Assembly: GCA_050273025.1 (NCBI GenBank)
Contig: CP158635.1
Location: forward strand, 33,294,001-33,358,000
DNA: 64,000 nt
Direction of reading: 5' to 3'
Source of the DNA: Cenococcum geophilum
Lineage: Eukaryota
Shown one piece after another: positions 50,345 through 64,000 of this stretch. The position numbers and the translations under genes are program-made. The notes beneath the pieces are model-generated. The model had not been told where the DNA came from. It made no database searches and saw only the letters and a program-made list of their open reading frames with translations. Numbering within the stretch: position 1 is the stretch's first letter; each line of letters begins with the position of its first letter.

Positions 50345-53300
50345 ATATATTAAGGGGGCTAATTTAGCGCGGTTATAACCCGGGTTAATATAAGGTTAGG
50401 GTTACCCTTATTAATAACGCGCCTAAACCCTATATAAGGTCGCGCAGCGACCGCCCCTAAGTACCTTCGCACGCGATTTTAGGCGAAAAGGTATATAATA
50501 TATATTAGATCGGTACTTCTAGACGGTTGCGTAATATTACTCTAAATTTATAATACCTAAATATGCTCTACTCCTATATTAAGGCGTCTTGGATACTATA
50601 GTATAGTCCTATATTAAGGCGTCTTAGTCACTATAGTATAGTCTTATATTAAGGCGTCTCGGTTACTATAGTAGTCCTATATTAAGATGTCTTGGTTACT
50701 ATAGTATAGTCTTATATTAAGGCGTTTTAGTCACTATAGTAGTCCTATATTAAGGCGTTTTAGTTACTATAGTAGTCCTATAGTAAGATAGTATTATATA
50801 TATATATATACTACTTAATATAGAGCCTTTCCCTTTCTTTCTCTCCCCCCCGCCCTAAGGGCTAGTAGTTAAATATTCTTATAAAGCTAATCTAAAGAAC
50901 GCTAGCCTTATAGCTGCTCTAGCTAGTTAATAACCTATCTCTTATCTCTTGCCGTATTATCTTCTACGCGCCATTTTATATCCTTAATTATCCTATAGCG
51001 ACGGCTATAAAATATAGCCTTGCTATTAACCCGCTAGCGCGCCCCCTAGCAGTAATTAAGAGCTTTAATTAACGGCCTACCCACTAGCCCTAAAGTCTAC
51101 TTAGCCTAGAGTTAGAATACTAAATTACCACCCTAAAGCACCTTATATTTTCTTAGCGGCGCCTATAGGTTAAGAATAAATAAGAGAAGTAGTTAAGTAT
51201 CTGCTTATGCCTACGCTAGTAAAGGTAGTATAAATATAGTAGATAGCTAAATAGGGGGTGCGGATATTAGCTAAGTAGGGGGTATAGATATAATAAATAG
51301 CTAAGCGGGGGGTATAGGTATTAGCTAAGCGGGTGGTGTGGATATAGTAAATAGCTAAGTAGGTGGTATAGATATTATAAATAGCTAAGCGGGTAGCGTG
51401 GATATAGTAAACGTTATAGTAAACGGCGTAGGCCCGCCTAAAGGTGGATATATAAACTCTATAGGCCCTATTTAGATACCTATCTTTCCTTACTAGATCT
51501 ATATAAGTATAGGTATAAATAATGCTAATAACCTTTTTATTTTACTAAGGCGTTCTAAGATTATATATACGTATAATTAAACACCTTTAATCTTTAAGAT
51601 TGCGGCCTTATATCTTAGCTTAGCTACAGCTTTATAGGTAGGTTAGTATTTCCACATTATTAGCTTATTTAGCGTAACTACGTTAGCTAGTAAGCTTTTT
51701 ACCTATATAATAAACCTCCAGTACTCCTTATAGCTAAAGAGGGAGTCCTTTTATAGGGGGTAGAGTAGGAACTGCTTATATAGGATTACTAAGTCCTATA
51801 ATAAGATTACCCTAAACGTATAAAGGAGGCGTAGAAATCCTAAGCCTATAAGGTTAAGCCATATAACCTTATTATCAGCCCTATCTAGGTAATAGGTCTC
51901 TATATATTTTAGCTAGATATTAGTCTTAGGCTATATCTTTAAATAAAGGGCCTTCTCTAGTACCTCCCGCGTGCGGGAAAGAAAGTAGCCCTTTTCTTCC
52001 TTTAGAAAGCTAGCGATTGACTATATAAACATATAGGGTAGGTAGCTAAGGTAGGCTCCTATTATTACGTCTATATTCTAGCGTCTAGCCCATCTAATTT
52101 AGGTCTCCTTAACGCCGCTAAGCTTAGTATACTAGATGCTTTGCTTATAGGCGCTATAGGTCTTTTCTTTTAAGTAAATCCCTACTCCCTAGAACATTTT
52201 CTTATTCTATTTAAACTACATATAATAGCTTAACGGCTATTATAGTACTTTAATACTACTAGGGAAGATATATAGGTTATAGTAGTCCTCTAGCTACTAA
52301 AAGGATAGAAAGCTCTTAGTACCGTCCTTACCCTAATAGTTAAAGAAGTAGAAAGCTATTATAGAGAGAGGGTAGAGAATAGGGTTAGTATTCTGTATAT
52401 AGCCTATATACTTAACCTTACTATATTAGTTCTACTTCCCCTATATTATTAATATAATTATATATAGCGCTAGCTTATCTGGCTTAGGCCCTTTATTCTC
52501 TAGTTTAATAAGAATAAAATTAGTAAGCTAAATATCCTATTTACTCTCGCCCTAGGTAATAGTAGTATAGCCTAAAAAATAGGTTAGAAAACGGCAGCTA
52601 TACGGACCGGATAAGGTATATAGTAGTAGCAATATATAAACCTAATAAATGCTTAGCCGTAGTTTAAAGGTAAGACTTAACTAAACTTAGTATCTTAGAG
52701 CCCGTCTTCTAGCACTAAGTAATTGCCCTTTTAAGCCCTTTAATGTTATAGCCGCTAGTAATTATAAATAGGCCTTAGTTAATAAAGTTAACGCGTTAAA
52801 TCTGGTCTTTATTATAGTGGACGCTATTTAGTATTGCTAAAAGCTTCGCCCCCTATAGTAGCTGTAAGGCTTTACCTTCTAATTGCTATACATAAAGCTT
52901 AGTAATAGTGAAGACGTAGCTATTTATAACTAAGTATTAGACTATCTCGTTAAATAGGGCGTTTAGGGCCTCCTTATCCTATATCTCTTCCTTATCCTTT
53001 ATAGCTTCCTCTATAGCTATAGCTGCCCCTATAGCTACCTTTCCCCCTAGCTGTTTTTTTACCGTCTTCTGCCTCTTTTTTGCTCGCTTACTATCTTTCT
53101 ATATCTCTTTCCGTTTTAACTTCTATTTTTAATAGCTAGCGGCCTATAATTCTTAGTTAATAACTTACTACTCTAGAAATAGGTAAAGCTTATCTTCTAT
53201 TACCTAGGTGCCGTCTATATTACCTTTTAGTTTTATATACTAGTCTTCCTACTTTTTCTACTTTAGCTTATACGCCCTTATAATATTCTTTAAGCGCTAG

Positions 53301-53838
53301 GCCTTATAAATATCCTATAGCCGCGCTGTTTGGGCCTTAAATTCGCTCTAGAGGCTATAGGGGGGGGAAGCTAGGGGGGCTTCCTTTAACTATAAAGTGG
53401 ATTGTAGGGTAAGAAGATTTTTAAAAGACTCTATATCTATAAAAGGTAAGGGGAAAGACGCGTAAGTATAGTATAGGTAAATAGAGCTACCGAACGCGTA
53501 AATATTAAAGGAGAAAGGAGAAGAGGGCTCTATATTATAGAATTAGAATTATAGTAAGCCTTTCTATATAAAATTAGAAGCCCTATATAAGCTAGGAGCT
53601 AGCGTAGGTATAAAAATAGGAGAGGGTTAGAAAATGGGATTATTAAGGTAATAATAAGGTTAAGGGTATATACTAAGGACCTCTATACTAACCTAGTACT
53701 AACCTAGGCCTTAAAAACGCGTCTAAAAAGTAGGGGCTACTACTAAAAGGGGGGGTGATATTTGGACGATATGTCGCGGACCTTAGGGGGTTGTGCGTAA
53801 CCTGAGGTTATACTAAGCCTAACTCGGACCTCCGATAC
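50345..53838 (-). mobile_element. Crypton copy 2, in direct tandem with copy 1
   Basis: Colinear with 46808-50339 from end to end, differing mainly by transitions. CTATT at 50340-50344 and 53839-53843. Confidence 0.85.
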
Positions 53839-54164
53839 CTATTCTCTATATAGTAGTTATATTAATATATAAGTCTACTAATAGAACTACTACTTTATAT
53901 TTTAGTATAGCGCGTAGTGTTCTCTTATAAACCCCTATAGTTCTATATAGGTACTAGTTTTATAGCTTAGCTAATAGCGCTAAAGAGCTTTTTATTAATA
54001 CCTTACTACTTAGTCCTAGGCCCTAGATCTAGGAGCTATATAGTATTATTAGCCTTATTATAAATAAATAAATAAATATCTATATAATTTCCTATATAAT
54101 TATTTTTATAAATTCTATAATTAATTACTAGTATAAAAATATATATCTATATGCCTATATATTT

Positions 54165-54700
54165 ATATAAAGCTCTATATAAGGCTCTATATAAAGCTCT
54201 GCTTAAAGCTTTACTTAAAGCTCTATTTGAAGCTCTGCTTAAAGCTCTGCTTAAAGCTCTGCTTAAAGCTCCTTAAAGCTCTATATAAGGCTCTGCTTAA
54301 AGCTCTATATAAGGCTCTATACGAAACTTTATATAAAGCTCTATATAAGGTTTTGCACGAAGCTCTATATAAAGCTCTATACGAGGCTCTGTATAAAGCT
54401 TTATATAAAGCTCTGTATAAAGCTCTGTATAAAGCTTTATACGAGGCTCTGTATAAAGCTCTATATAAAGCTCTATATAAAGCTTTATATAAAGCTCTAT
54501 ATAAAGCTCTACACAAAGCTCTACACAAAGCTCTACACGAAGCTCTATATAAAGTTCTGCATAAAGCTCTGCATAAAGCTCTATAGAAGCTTTATACAAA
54601 GCTCTACGCGGAGCTTTATATAGGGCTCTACGTAAGCCTCTATTAAGGCTCTATATAAGGCTTTATTAAAGCTCTACGCAAGGCTTTACCTAAAGCTTAC
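54165..54700. repeat. 12-bp minisatellite (AAAGCTCTATAT), a RIP-mutated relative of the 39835-40286 array
   Basis: Same AGCTCT core, period and orientation, with residual units such as GAAGCTCTGCTT and GCACGAAGCTCT. Confidence 0.92.
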
Positions 54701-55585
54701 CCTTTTATAAAGTAAATCTATACCTACTAGTAGTTTTTAGTTATTATTTAAAGCTGGCTCGTTAGTTTGGGTACTCTGGCTGTGGTAGAAAGAGGTTATA
54801 GGAAAGGTATAGCTGCTACGACTTAGGGGCGTCGGGCGTGACGATAAAATAATGGATTGGAATTGGGCAAATTAGGTAACGTAGTCTTCTTCGCCAGGTT
54901 TAATTTGGTAATTCTAGCTATTAGGAATAGCTTAGGGAGCTATAAAAGTTAAGACAATTTGGCTTAAAGTAGGTATATATAGGCCTAAATACCCCGCGCG
55001 GGACTAATAAAAATCTAAACCGTGTACTAGACCTTCTAATAAAGGTCTTGCCAAAAGCGGCTAGCGGCTTAGCAAGGTAAGCCTTAGTAAGAAGGTCTGG
55101 GAACGAGATAAGCTCCCTAATACGTCGGTGACTTTATAAGCACTAATTCTATAAGCGCGCTATAGTAATTAACGGGGAATGTGGCTTCCCTTACTATTAT
55201 CCTTAATACCTCTAGCATCCTATTATCTGTATTAAGTTTGAAGCTTTTTAAATCTATATAAATCGCCTATCTTAACAATTTCCTATTATAATAGCTTCTC
55301 TACTACTATATCGTCCTTATTGCCTAAATAAAGCCTTATTACTAACTTTCTAGTTATAATACCAAGATATTAGTTTCCTAACACGCGAATTCTTACCAAA
55401 ATTGATACAACTTTAAATAATTGTATAACGCCACAACAATTAAATGCAGCTAAATAAGTATGTAGATTATTTAATTGTAGTTAATACTTTGTCTACTAGC
55501 CGCGCGCTTTTCTTACTGCCTTTAGCCTTCGTTCTATACTGTTAATTAAGCGTCGTATAAGGTGTTACGGACGCTTTAAGTACAA

Positions 55586-58500
55586 TGTTATAACTACTTA
55601 GAGAAGAGTCGGAAGAAGCTAGTTAGTTAATTTAGGCACGGTCTAGGATGGAGCCGATAGAGCTATGTAACGAGGAATAGTAACCGAGGTCACGTGACGT
55701 AATCTGTATAATTTGTGGGATTTATGTAATCTATAATAGAGTAGATAGAGTATATATATATTACGTATAAGAAGGATTTTATAGGAGTATGGTTGTGTAT
55801 TTAAGGACCCTTAGTCCCTACTTAGATAGTTCCTTCCTTATAGTAATTCTTAGAATATAATTAAAGTTAATCTATTAGGCAACTACTTACTAGTTATTAT
55901 TACGTTGTTAACTTTAATTTATATTACTTATATACCTAGCCTAATAATAAGCCTACTGTAGTTCTTACTATAAGGTTCCGTTATATAATTACTACCTAGT
56001 TATAGTATTAAATATAAAAAGTTAAATAATATACTACTAAAAGCAGCCACTATAACGCTATTAATGGCGGCAACTACTTTAAGGTTAGGTAATACTAGTA
56101 TAGTAGGTACTAACTTATAGTGACCTATAACAGTTAGACAATTATAAGAGATAGTTAACTAGTTAATAGTAAATAATATAGTATTAGAAGAAAGGATTAA
56201 TGGGGTTAGTATAGTAAGGATTAAGTTACTATTAATTAAGAGATTTTTAGGGAAAAGATTAAAGCTTAAAGGATTCCTTATATAAATACACTTTAAGATA
56301 ATATAGGAAGGGGTAAAGCTACTAATACCTATAGATTGAATAGCCTATATAGGACTATTCCTATTAGAAAGAGTACTTAAGTAGTTTAAGCTTTACTTTA
56401 TAGAAATATAGGTAAACGGAATAACAACCACTAATTAGGAAGTATAATTTATATTCTTAAGCTAGAAAGGGTTTACGAAGCAACTTATATAAATATTTAG
56501 AGACCTAGAGTTAGTAATTATAGCGGAAAGAAAACTCTAAGACATTATATAATAAACCTTAGTAATTAAGTATATAATATAGTTCTAAACGCTAGCTATA
56601 TAGGTTAAGTGGAATAATAAGGCGCTTATAATATAGTATAAATAGGGACTTAAGGCTAAAGTTTAGGATGTAATTATCCTAATAGAAGATGCGGATACCC
56701 TATAGGATTTAATAGATTAAGTGATTAAGATTAATAATTAGATCTACTAAAGGGAATAGGTTAAGAGAGGTTAGAATAGAGTTCTATAGTTATATAAGGC
56801 GTAAAGTACGTAATAACTAAAGCTAAGTTAAAAACTATAGTATAGCGCAAAGCTAATGGACCTAAGTGGTACTAAAGAAGCCTATAAGAGATAAAGTAAG
56901 AAACTATAAAAACCTAGAGGTTAAGGATCCAGTAATTATAGGACTAAGAAGTAGAGGCTAAACTAGGGATCTTAGTAGTAGAAGATATTTAGGCGGACTC
57001 TATAATAAAGTTAGTGGTTTAAAGATAGAGCTTATATAAATTATAGGAAATAAGGTTACTTCGCAAGGGATTATAAAGATAGTTAGAGTTACTATATAAT
57101 AAAGGGAACTAGACTAGTAGAAGACACACACGTATAAAGGGATAATAATATACTGCAAGGAACAAAAGAGTATTTAATTAAAAGTTTCGCGTTTTGTTAT
57201 AATAACATATACTAAATTTATAAAGACGCTAAGTATAGTGTAAGCTATTGGCTATAAGAGCTAAAACCTATAGAATATAGGGGAACTAATAAACTATCGC
57301 GTAGATTAAATATTAAGGACAACAAGTTTAATATAGGTAAAATATTTATAGATAATAAGGCAATAAAGGCAGCTTACTAGAAGCATGTAAACCTTAAAGA
57401 AGTTATATTAAAAGTAAAGACTAAAACCGCTATAGGGTAAGGTTTAGTAACGGGCATTATAACACTATTAGATATGGCATTTATCGCTTTATAAAATAAA
57501 AGGAAGTGTATTCTATAGGGATTAAGTAAGCAGATAACTACTAGTACTAATTTATTACTTAATAAAGGTAAAAGGCTAAAGGCTTAAAATTCTTAAAATA
57601 AGATAAAAGATAACTAATGTTATAGCGACTTAGTCAATTGAGGTATGAGCGCCGTTTAGAACGTATGTAAGCCTATATAATTGGAATGTTTATAGACCTG
57701 GATATTAAGATAAGGAGTAGAAGGTGGAAAAGGACACGTCTATATATATATGCTAAGGCTTAAGCGAGCCCCCTAACTAGATCCGTTACGGTGCCGTAAT
57801 AATTAAGATTTTTAAGATAAAATAAGATAAGCTTAAGGACCTATAATAGACAGAAACTAATAAAGTAGAGTAACGGCTTAGTTTAAAGATATATAAATAA
57901 GCTTAGGATAGAGTTTCCTATAGGTATAAAACTCTTAAGACGAGATAAGTAAGATTTAAGACTTTTAAGATAAGATAAGAATACCTAAGCCTAGTTAAAC
58001 TAAGGTAAAAGTAAAGCTTAAGATAGAAGTAAGCTTAGAATTAAAAATCCTATAGAACTAAGACTTTAAGATATAAATAAGGACTATTAACAGGATTAAG
58101 AAGTAAGAAGACTTTAAGGATCTACTTATAAAAAGCAAAAAGAAAGAAACCATAAAAGAATTTAGAGTAAGAATTACCTTATAGTAAGATTAGAAACTAA
58201 ATAAAAGATCTAGTATACTAGGTTGTACTAGGGACAGAGCACCTATATAAAGAATTACTAATAGGCCTAGAGCGGGCATACTAAAAGCTAAGTAGCTTAT
58301 TAAACTAGAATAAGAAGAGGATCTAGAGATTTTAACTAGATTTAAAGAACGATATATAAAGGGCTGTTATAACGTAGTAATAAGAAGATACTTTCTTATA
58401 GATAAGCCGTATATACTTAAAGGGTTATATTAAAAGTGGTATAGATAATAATATAACGATAAGTAGGAAGATTTCTATATATAGTTAAATAAAAAAGTTA

Positions 58501-61500
58501 TTTAAGACCATCTAATTATGGAAAAGGCTATAAGTTATATTAAAGGAGCCTTAATTATAATATTAAAAGATCTAGAGGAGTAATTAGAGGACTAGAGAAG
58601 CGAGAGGTAAATCTTAGTATCTATAAATAAAGTCGCAACGCTTAGATTAATATAAAAAAGGTTTAAACTTAAGGATAAAAACGAGCTAAGAGTTAACCTA
58701 AGACACTAAGTATATTATATATTGGTATAGATTATATATATAAATAATGCGTATAATATATATAGAGTATCTAAAGATAAAAACCGGAAGTACCTAGTAA
58801 GGATATATTAGGCACTAGATAAGGCGAAATATTAAAATGCTAAGTATATATATAATTAGCACCTAGTAGAAGTGCAAACCTAAGGGGACTTAATACTTTA
58901 GCTAGGAAGATTTCTTACGGAAGAATACCTAAATAGATAATAGTAGTGGGAATACCTAGAGAATACGTATCTATAGTATATTAAAGATAAAAAGCGAACT
59001 AAGTATTAGCTAAAAGTGGACTAAGTATAAATAGGATTAAGTAGTTAATAGTTAGGAAAAGTAGAGGCCTATAGAACTAGAGGGAACTAGTAGTAAAGCC
59101 TTAGACCCTTAAAGGAATTTAAAAACAGCACCTAAATTTATAAGTTAAGTGGTAAGATTAATAGTTTAAAGCATTAATAGATAGTAGAGTAATAAGGAAC
59201 TATATATTACTAGCAGCAGTTAAAAGAATAGGGTTACTATATAGGAAAAAGGAGTACCCTTACCTATTAGTAACAATTTTAGGAGATCTAATAGCCTATA
59301 GAGAAGGCATTATTAATCTTAAAATAGGACCTATTTAGTTAACTATTAAAGGGAGATAAATTAAGATATCTTTTAATATATTACTATTAGGGAATAATAA
59401 GGCAGTATTAGGAATACCTTAGTTACAGGAATATAATCTAAAGATTAATTAGATTATAGGTTAGGTCGATATTAGGGATACTTAATAGCATAAAATATAA
59501 TAATAAGCTAAGTTGGTATAGTACTAAGTAGAAGTAACCTATAAAGAAACGGAAAAAGAACTAAGCTATATACTAAAAAGATACTATAAGTATGGTAAAA
59601 AACTATAGTTACTGGAAAATAAGAAGCTATTAGAGTATATAGTATAGGATTATAAAATAGAATTAGAACTAGGAATAAGTTTAAGGTTCTTTCTAATCTA
59701 TAAGCTTACTAAAGAAGAAGGTAAAGTGTTAAAAGAGTTTATTTAGGAAAACCTATAAAAGGGATATATTAGACTATTATAGTTATTAGCGGGTTATCTA
59801 GTACTATTTATATTAAAGAAGAATAGTAAACTAAGGCTATATATTAACTATAGACAGTTAAATAGTATTACTAGGAAGGATAGGTATTCTTTACCCTTAA
59901 TTAGCGAAATTTAAGATAGGATAGGTAATATATAAATCTTTATAAAAATAGATCTAAGATAGGCGTACTATTAAATCTAAATTAAGAAAGGTAATAAGTA
60001 AAAGGCAGCCTTTAGGTTAAAGGAAGGACTATATAAACTATTAGTTATACAATTTAGGCTTATAAATGTACTAGTAATGTTTTAAAAGTGTATTAATAAT
60101 ATATTAGGAGAATACTTAGATAAATTTGTTATAGTATATCTTAACGATATTATTATCTACTTAATAACTAAGGAAGAATACGGAGAATACGTTAAATAGG
60201 TTTTAAAAAGACTATAAAAAGAATAGATATTAGTAGCAATTAAAAAATACGAGTTCTTTATTAGGAAAACCGATTTTATTAAATTTATTATTAAACTAAG
60301 TAAACTTAGTATAAATTTAAAGAAGATTAAAGCTATAGTAAATTAGTAGAAATTAAAGAACGTTATATAATTAAGATTATTTTTAAGGTTTTATAATTAC
60401 TATAAAAGGTTTATAGCGTAATAGTTAAAAGATATTAAGCTATTTACGTAATTAACGAAGAAAGAAGAACTATAGGTATGGGGAAAAAAATAATAAAAAT
60501 AATTTAAAAAAGTTAAAGAATTGTTTACCTAGGAGCTAGTTCTTAAGATTTATTAATTAGGGCTAGAAACGGTTATAGAAATAGATATATTAAACTATAT
60601 ATTAGGGGCGTGCTTTATATAAAGATATTAAGATAAATAGCACCTAGTGGTATATTATAGTTAAAAAATAATACTACTAGAGTTAAACTATAATATCTAT
60701 AATAAGGAGTTATTAGGTATAGTTATAGTATTAAAGGAATAAAGAGCATTCTTATAAGGTATAGAAAAACTATTTATAGTTAAAACGAATTATAAGAACC
60801 TAATAGGATTCCTAATAATAAAAGAACTTAACTAAAGATAGGTTAAATAGGTAGAGATGCTTATAGAATACTATTTTAAGATTTAGTATACTAAGGGTAT
60901 AGATAATATATAAGCAGACGCTTTAAGTTAAAAGGCTAAACTATAAAATAATAAAAAGCTATTAGGGGCTTTATTATAAAAAGATATAGATAGATTAATT
61001 AGATATAATTACTTAAAAATTATAGTAACTTAAAAGGAACTAGAAAGAGTTTATAAGTTACTAAAGAGCTTTTAAGTATAAAGAATTCTAAAGGTATAGC
61101 TAGAAGATTTATAGGCAGATATATACGAAAATTAAGAAGTAAAGTATATCCTAAGAAGTATAGTAGAACACTTTATAGAAGAATTCTATAAGGGATTAAC
61201 TTAAGGATATAATAGAGCTATAGGCTTAGTATTAAGACTCTAAAAGGAATATATTATTAATAGAATTTAAGGCTTAGCGTGAAAAATTACTAAAGAATAT
61301 TTAGATTGCTAAAGAAATAAACTAATAAGGTATAAGCTATATAGAGGACTATAACCTATTAAAATACTAGAGAGACTATAGGAGGTTATATTATAGGACT
61401 TTATTATTAAGTTACTAAAGTTAAGAGATCCTATTACCGGATAAGATTATAATATAATCTTAGTAATAGTAGATAAGCTTATAAATTAAGGATACTTTAT

Positions 61501-61729
61501 AATATATATAGAAGAAATATTAGTAGAAGATGTTACTAGAATTTATATTAAAGAAGTGTTTATAAAATATAGAGCACTAAGTAAAATTATATTAGATAGA
61601 GATCTAAGATTTATAGTAGTATTTTAGGAGGTATTCTTAGCGGAATAAGGAGTTAGAGTAGTAACTTTTACTATATATTATCTGCAGATAGACGGTTAAA
61701 TAGAAAAACTAAATTAGATACTAGAGTAG
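55586..61729 (+). mobile_element. Second Ty3/Gypsy element, RIP-degraded, cut within the integrase by a Copia insertion
   Basis: Gag relic FLGKRLKLKGFL (about 56245), zinc-knuckle relic (about 57035-57075), protease ALIDS (about 59170), RT VYLNDIIIY (about 60135), RNase H, and integrase DFIIKL..YLQIDG*IEKLN. The 5' LTR boundary is uncertain. Confidence 0.85.
57618..57801. mobile_element. Solo LTR (184 bp) related to the LTRs of the 15502-26181 element
   Basis: TGTTA...GTGCCGTAATA with TSD ACTAA/ATTAA (one transition). It shares AGCGACTTAGT.AAT.GAGGTAT and AAGCCTATATAATTGGA with those LTRs. Confidence 0.82.
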
Positions 61730-64000
61730 TGTTAGAAATATAGGGTAACTTACTAATAACGACTACTTAAGTAGGGTTATAGTGATATTAGTTAATTCTT
61801 GTTAATAGGAATAAAGAAAGGGGTAAGGAACTTAAGGTTTCTCACTACGCTAGGGCTATATTAATACGTGACGGTAATATGCTTTATGCGACGGCAACTT
61901 GCCTTATTCCCAACACTAGCAACTCTTCTTTTTATAGTTGTTATATATATATATATAAATAGATAGTATATAATAATACTAGACAATATATAATAAAACT
62001 AAATAATATATAATAAAACCAGACGATATACAATAATGTAGTAGTTAGTAGAATTTGGTAGATAATATAAAGACGGGTAGGCCGCTAAGACGCTAGTAGT
62101 AAGTAAGCTAATAGCGATTTTCTATACTAGGTATGGAAAATCCTAATTAGTTAGCAGAAGTCTATACTACTACCTAAATTAATTAGGCGTGGCGCTCTTA
62201 GTAAGGATCTAACTAATTAGATAACTTTAACCGGCGGTTAAAGTTTTATAAGATTTTAACTTCTTTAAATTTCCTTCTTAACCTAACCTTTAACTTATAT
62301 ATATAGAGTATTTATATTAATAAATATCTCTAGTGCCTTGTTTAGGTTTGCCTTTATTATTATATCTATTAGGTTATCTTAGCTATTAATTTATTAGATT
62401 TTAAAGAGTTCTTAACGCTTATAGGACTACTAAAGTGCTATGATATTAATTATAAGACGCTTCTTCTTTATAGTACTAAGCTTAACTAAATACTTATAGA
62501 GGGAATATAAGTCGGTATATATGATTGTAGGGATAGCGGGAAGTTTAAGCCGGTCTATAATTATCTTAAGGGTAGTTCTAATTATAATTGCTATATTAAC
62601 TCCGCTAACTATTCTATATATCTCTAACGCTAGAACGCTTTAAGTGATATACTTACTCTTAGTTAAGCTCTAATAGATAAGGTTACTGTAGATTATAAAG
62701 TTATTCTCTCTAGTAGATTTGTTTGCGATAATAATCTTATATTCTAGCTAGGAGCTAAAATCTTTATTATTTATAAACGATCTATTAACGAATATAAAGA
62801 GCTTAGTAGTAGGAAGGTTAATAGGCACGTAGAGTAATCCCCTATCAAAATGGTTTATTTGTTAGAAAAGACGCTTATTTAGGGCAAAAACGTTATCCTT
62901 AGTTAGTTCCTAGTGTTAAGTAGTAATAGAGAGATTAAAGAAAGCCTTGGGTTAATAGATAGAAGCTATATAAGCTTTATAAGCGCGTTGCTCTATATAT
63001 CCTTACTTTAGAGAATTAATATTAATAACGTTGATCTTCTTACCTTAACCCTTTTAGCGTAGAGTAATGGAGCCCTTATTTAGGGAGAGGATATATCTAT
63101 TAAAGAGTAATAGTATTACTAAGTTAAGTCTTTCCTTTGGCTTTGCTATAAGGTTTACCTTTACTAGCTTATCTTCTTTAAGAGCTAAGAATTAGTCGTC
63201 TCCTAAGATAATTATATCGTCTATTTATATGCCAACAATTCTAAATAGAGTTCCTGTAGTTATAATAAGGAAGCAGGGATTAAATATAGAAGTAGTTATT
63301 AAAAGCTTCTCCTTATAGTGCTTACTATAGGTAGCCCACTAATAAGTTCCTACCTTTGCGATTCTATATAATGGCTTAAGTACAACTATAATTATATCCT
63401 TAGGATATTAGTGGCGAATTTGCTCTAAAAGGTATGCTAGTATTAAGCGCTAAAGGCGCGTTTCTAATTAGGTGTAGGCCTAAGTAATATCTTATAGATA
63501 AACCGCTATTCTATTCTTTATTAAGGAGGGAGCTAGCGTAATAATAACTTGTTAATTAGCTTGTTGAATTATAGGGGATTATATAAGGATTACTTTCTTG
63601 CCGTTATTATTATAACCTTAAATAACTAGCCTTGACTTCTTAAATGGGGTATTAGTAGCTTTGCCTTTAATCTTATTAACTATTCTTAACTTAAATATGC
63701 GGACTCCATTAAACTTAGTAGGGTCGTATTTCTCAAATTTAAAGACTCCTCTTGTAATGAGACCGTCGATCTCCTACTTATTAGATGCTTAAAAAGGAGC
63801 TCTTAAAGTTATAATACGGCCTTCCTTTTAGAGCTATTTTACGAGTTTAAAGTTAGCCTTCTCTTTAGCTATTATAAAGGCCATTAATAGTTTATCTCTA
63901 TTCTTAATAGTAGTAATAAATTACTCTTTGAAATTAATAAGATGTTAGTAATTTTATAATCCCTTTAGGCGACCTCTACCGCGTTATAGTTACGGTACGT
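61730..64000 (-). mobile_element. Ty1/Copia element (GalEa-like), 3' portion, RIP-degraded; continues beyond the window
   Basis: LTR TGTTAG...CCAACA at 61730-61915 with an adjacent purine tract on the minus strand. RT relics FKKSRLVI*GYN, KPLYRIAK and IVGI*IDD; RNase H relic TDLYSLYKYLVKL..KKRLIINIIAL. Confidence 0.82.

Larger units (their letters stand above)
45871..54060 (-). mobile_element. LINE 3' fragment (copy D), interrupted by the two Cryptons
   Basis: 45871-46807 and 53839-54060 are colinear with copy A. ..ATAACTATT and CTCTATATAG.. rejoin across the insertion. Confidence 0.75.

Noticed and set aside
46808..53838. Starship captain or LTR-pair interpretation of the 3.5-kb duplication
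   Set aside because: Each unit is a self-contained element with Ndc10-like YR and GCR1_C-like relics and 5-bp direct repeats. There are no TG..CA ends or cargo.
54223..54599. KALY/RALY repeat ORFs
   Set aside because: Same artefact in the RIP-mutated minisatellite.

Overview
Genomic DNA from a filamentous ascomycete (Pezizomycotina): short GT-AG introns with CTRAY branch points, and AT-rich repeats hypermutated in the RIP pattern. Two gene islands (1-14.7 kb and 27.8-39.3 kb) alternate with two blocks of nested, RIP-degraded transposons. Genes: a partial membrane protein, a WD40-like pseudogene interrupted by a solo LTR, a large coiled-coil protein, a head-to-head pair of a SNF2/Rad5-like ATPase and a NACHT (NLR-like) C2H2 gene, two F-box proteins, a DUF1769-like protein, homoisocitrate dehydrogenase (LYS12) and a Cys-rich single-pass surface protein. 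TE block 1 (14.75-27.8 kb) is a Fot1/pogo element. It contains a chromodomain Gypsy element, which itself contains an Ngaro-type tyrosine-recombinase retrotransposon, plus a separate solo LTR. TE block 2 (39.3-64 kb) is a 12-bp minisatellite split by nested Tad1-like LINEs and a tandem pair of Crypton elements, followed by a Gypsy element interrupted by a solo LTR and a Copia element. The best candidate for an undescribed system is the divergent SNF2 + NACHT-C2H2 pair. All calls come from manual reading and motif recognition; no database searches were run.
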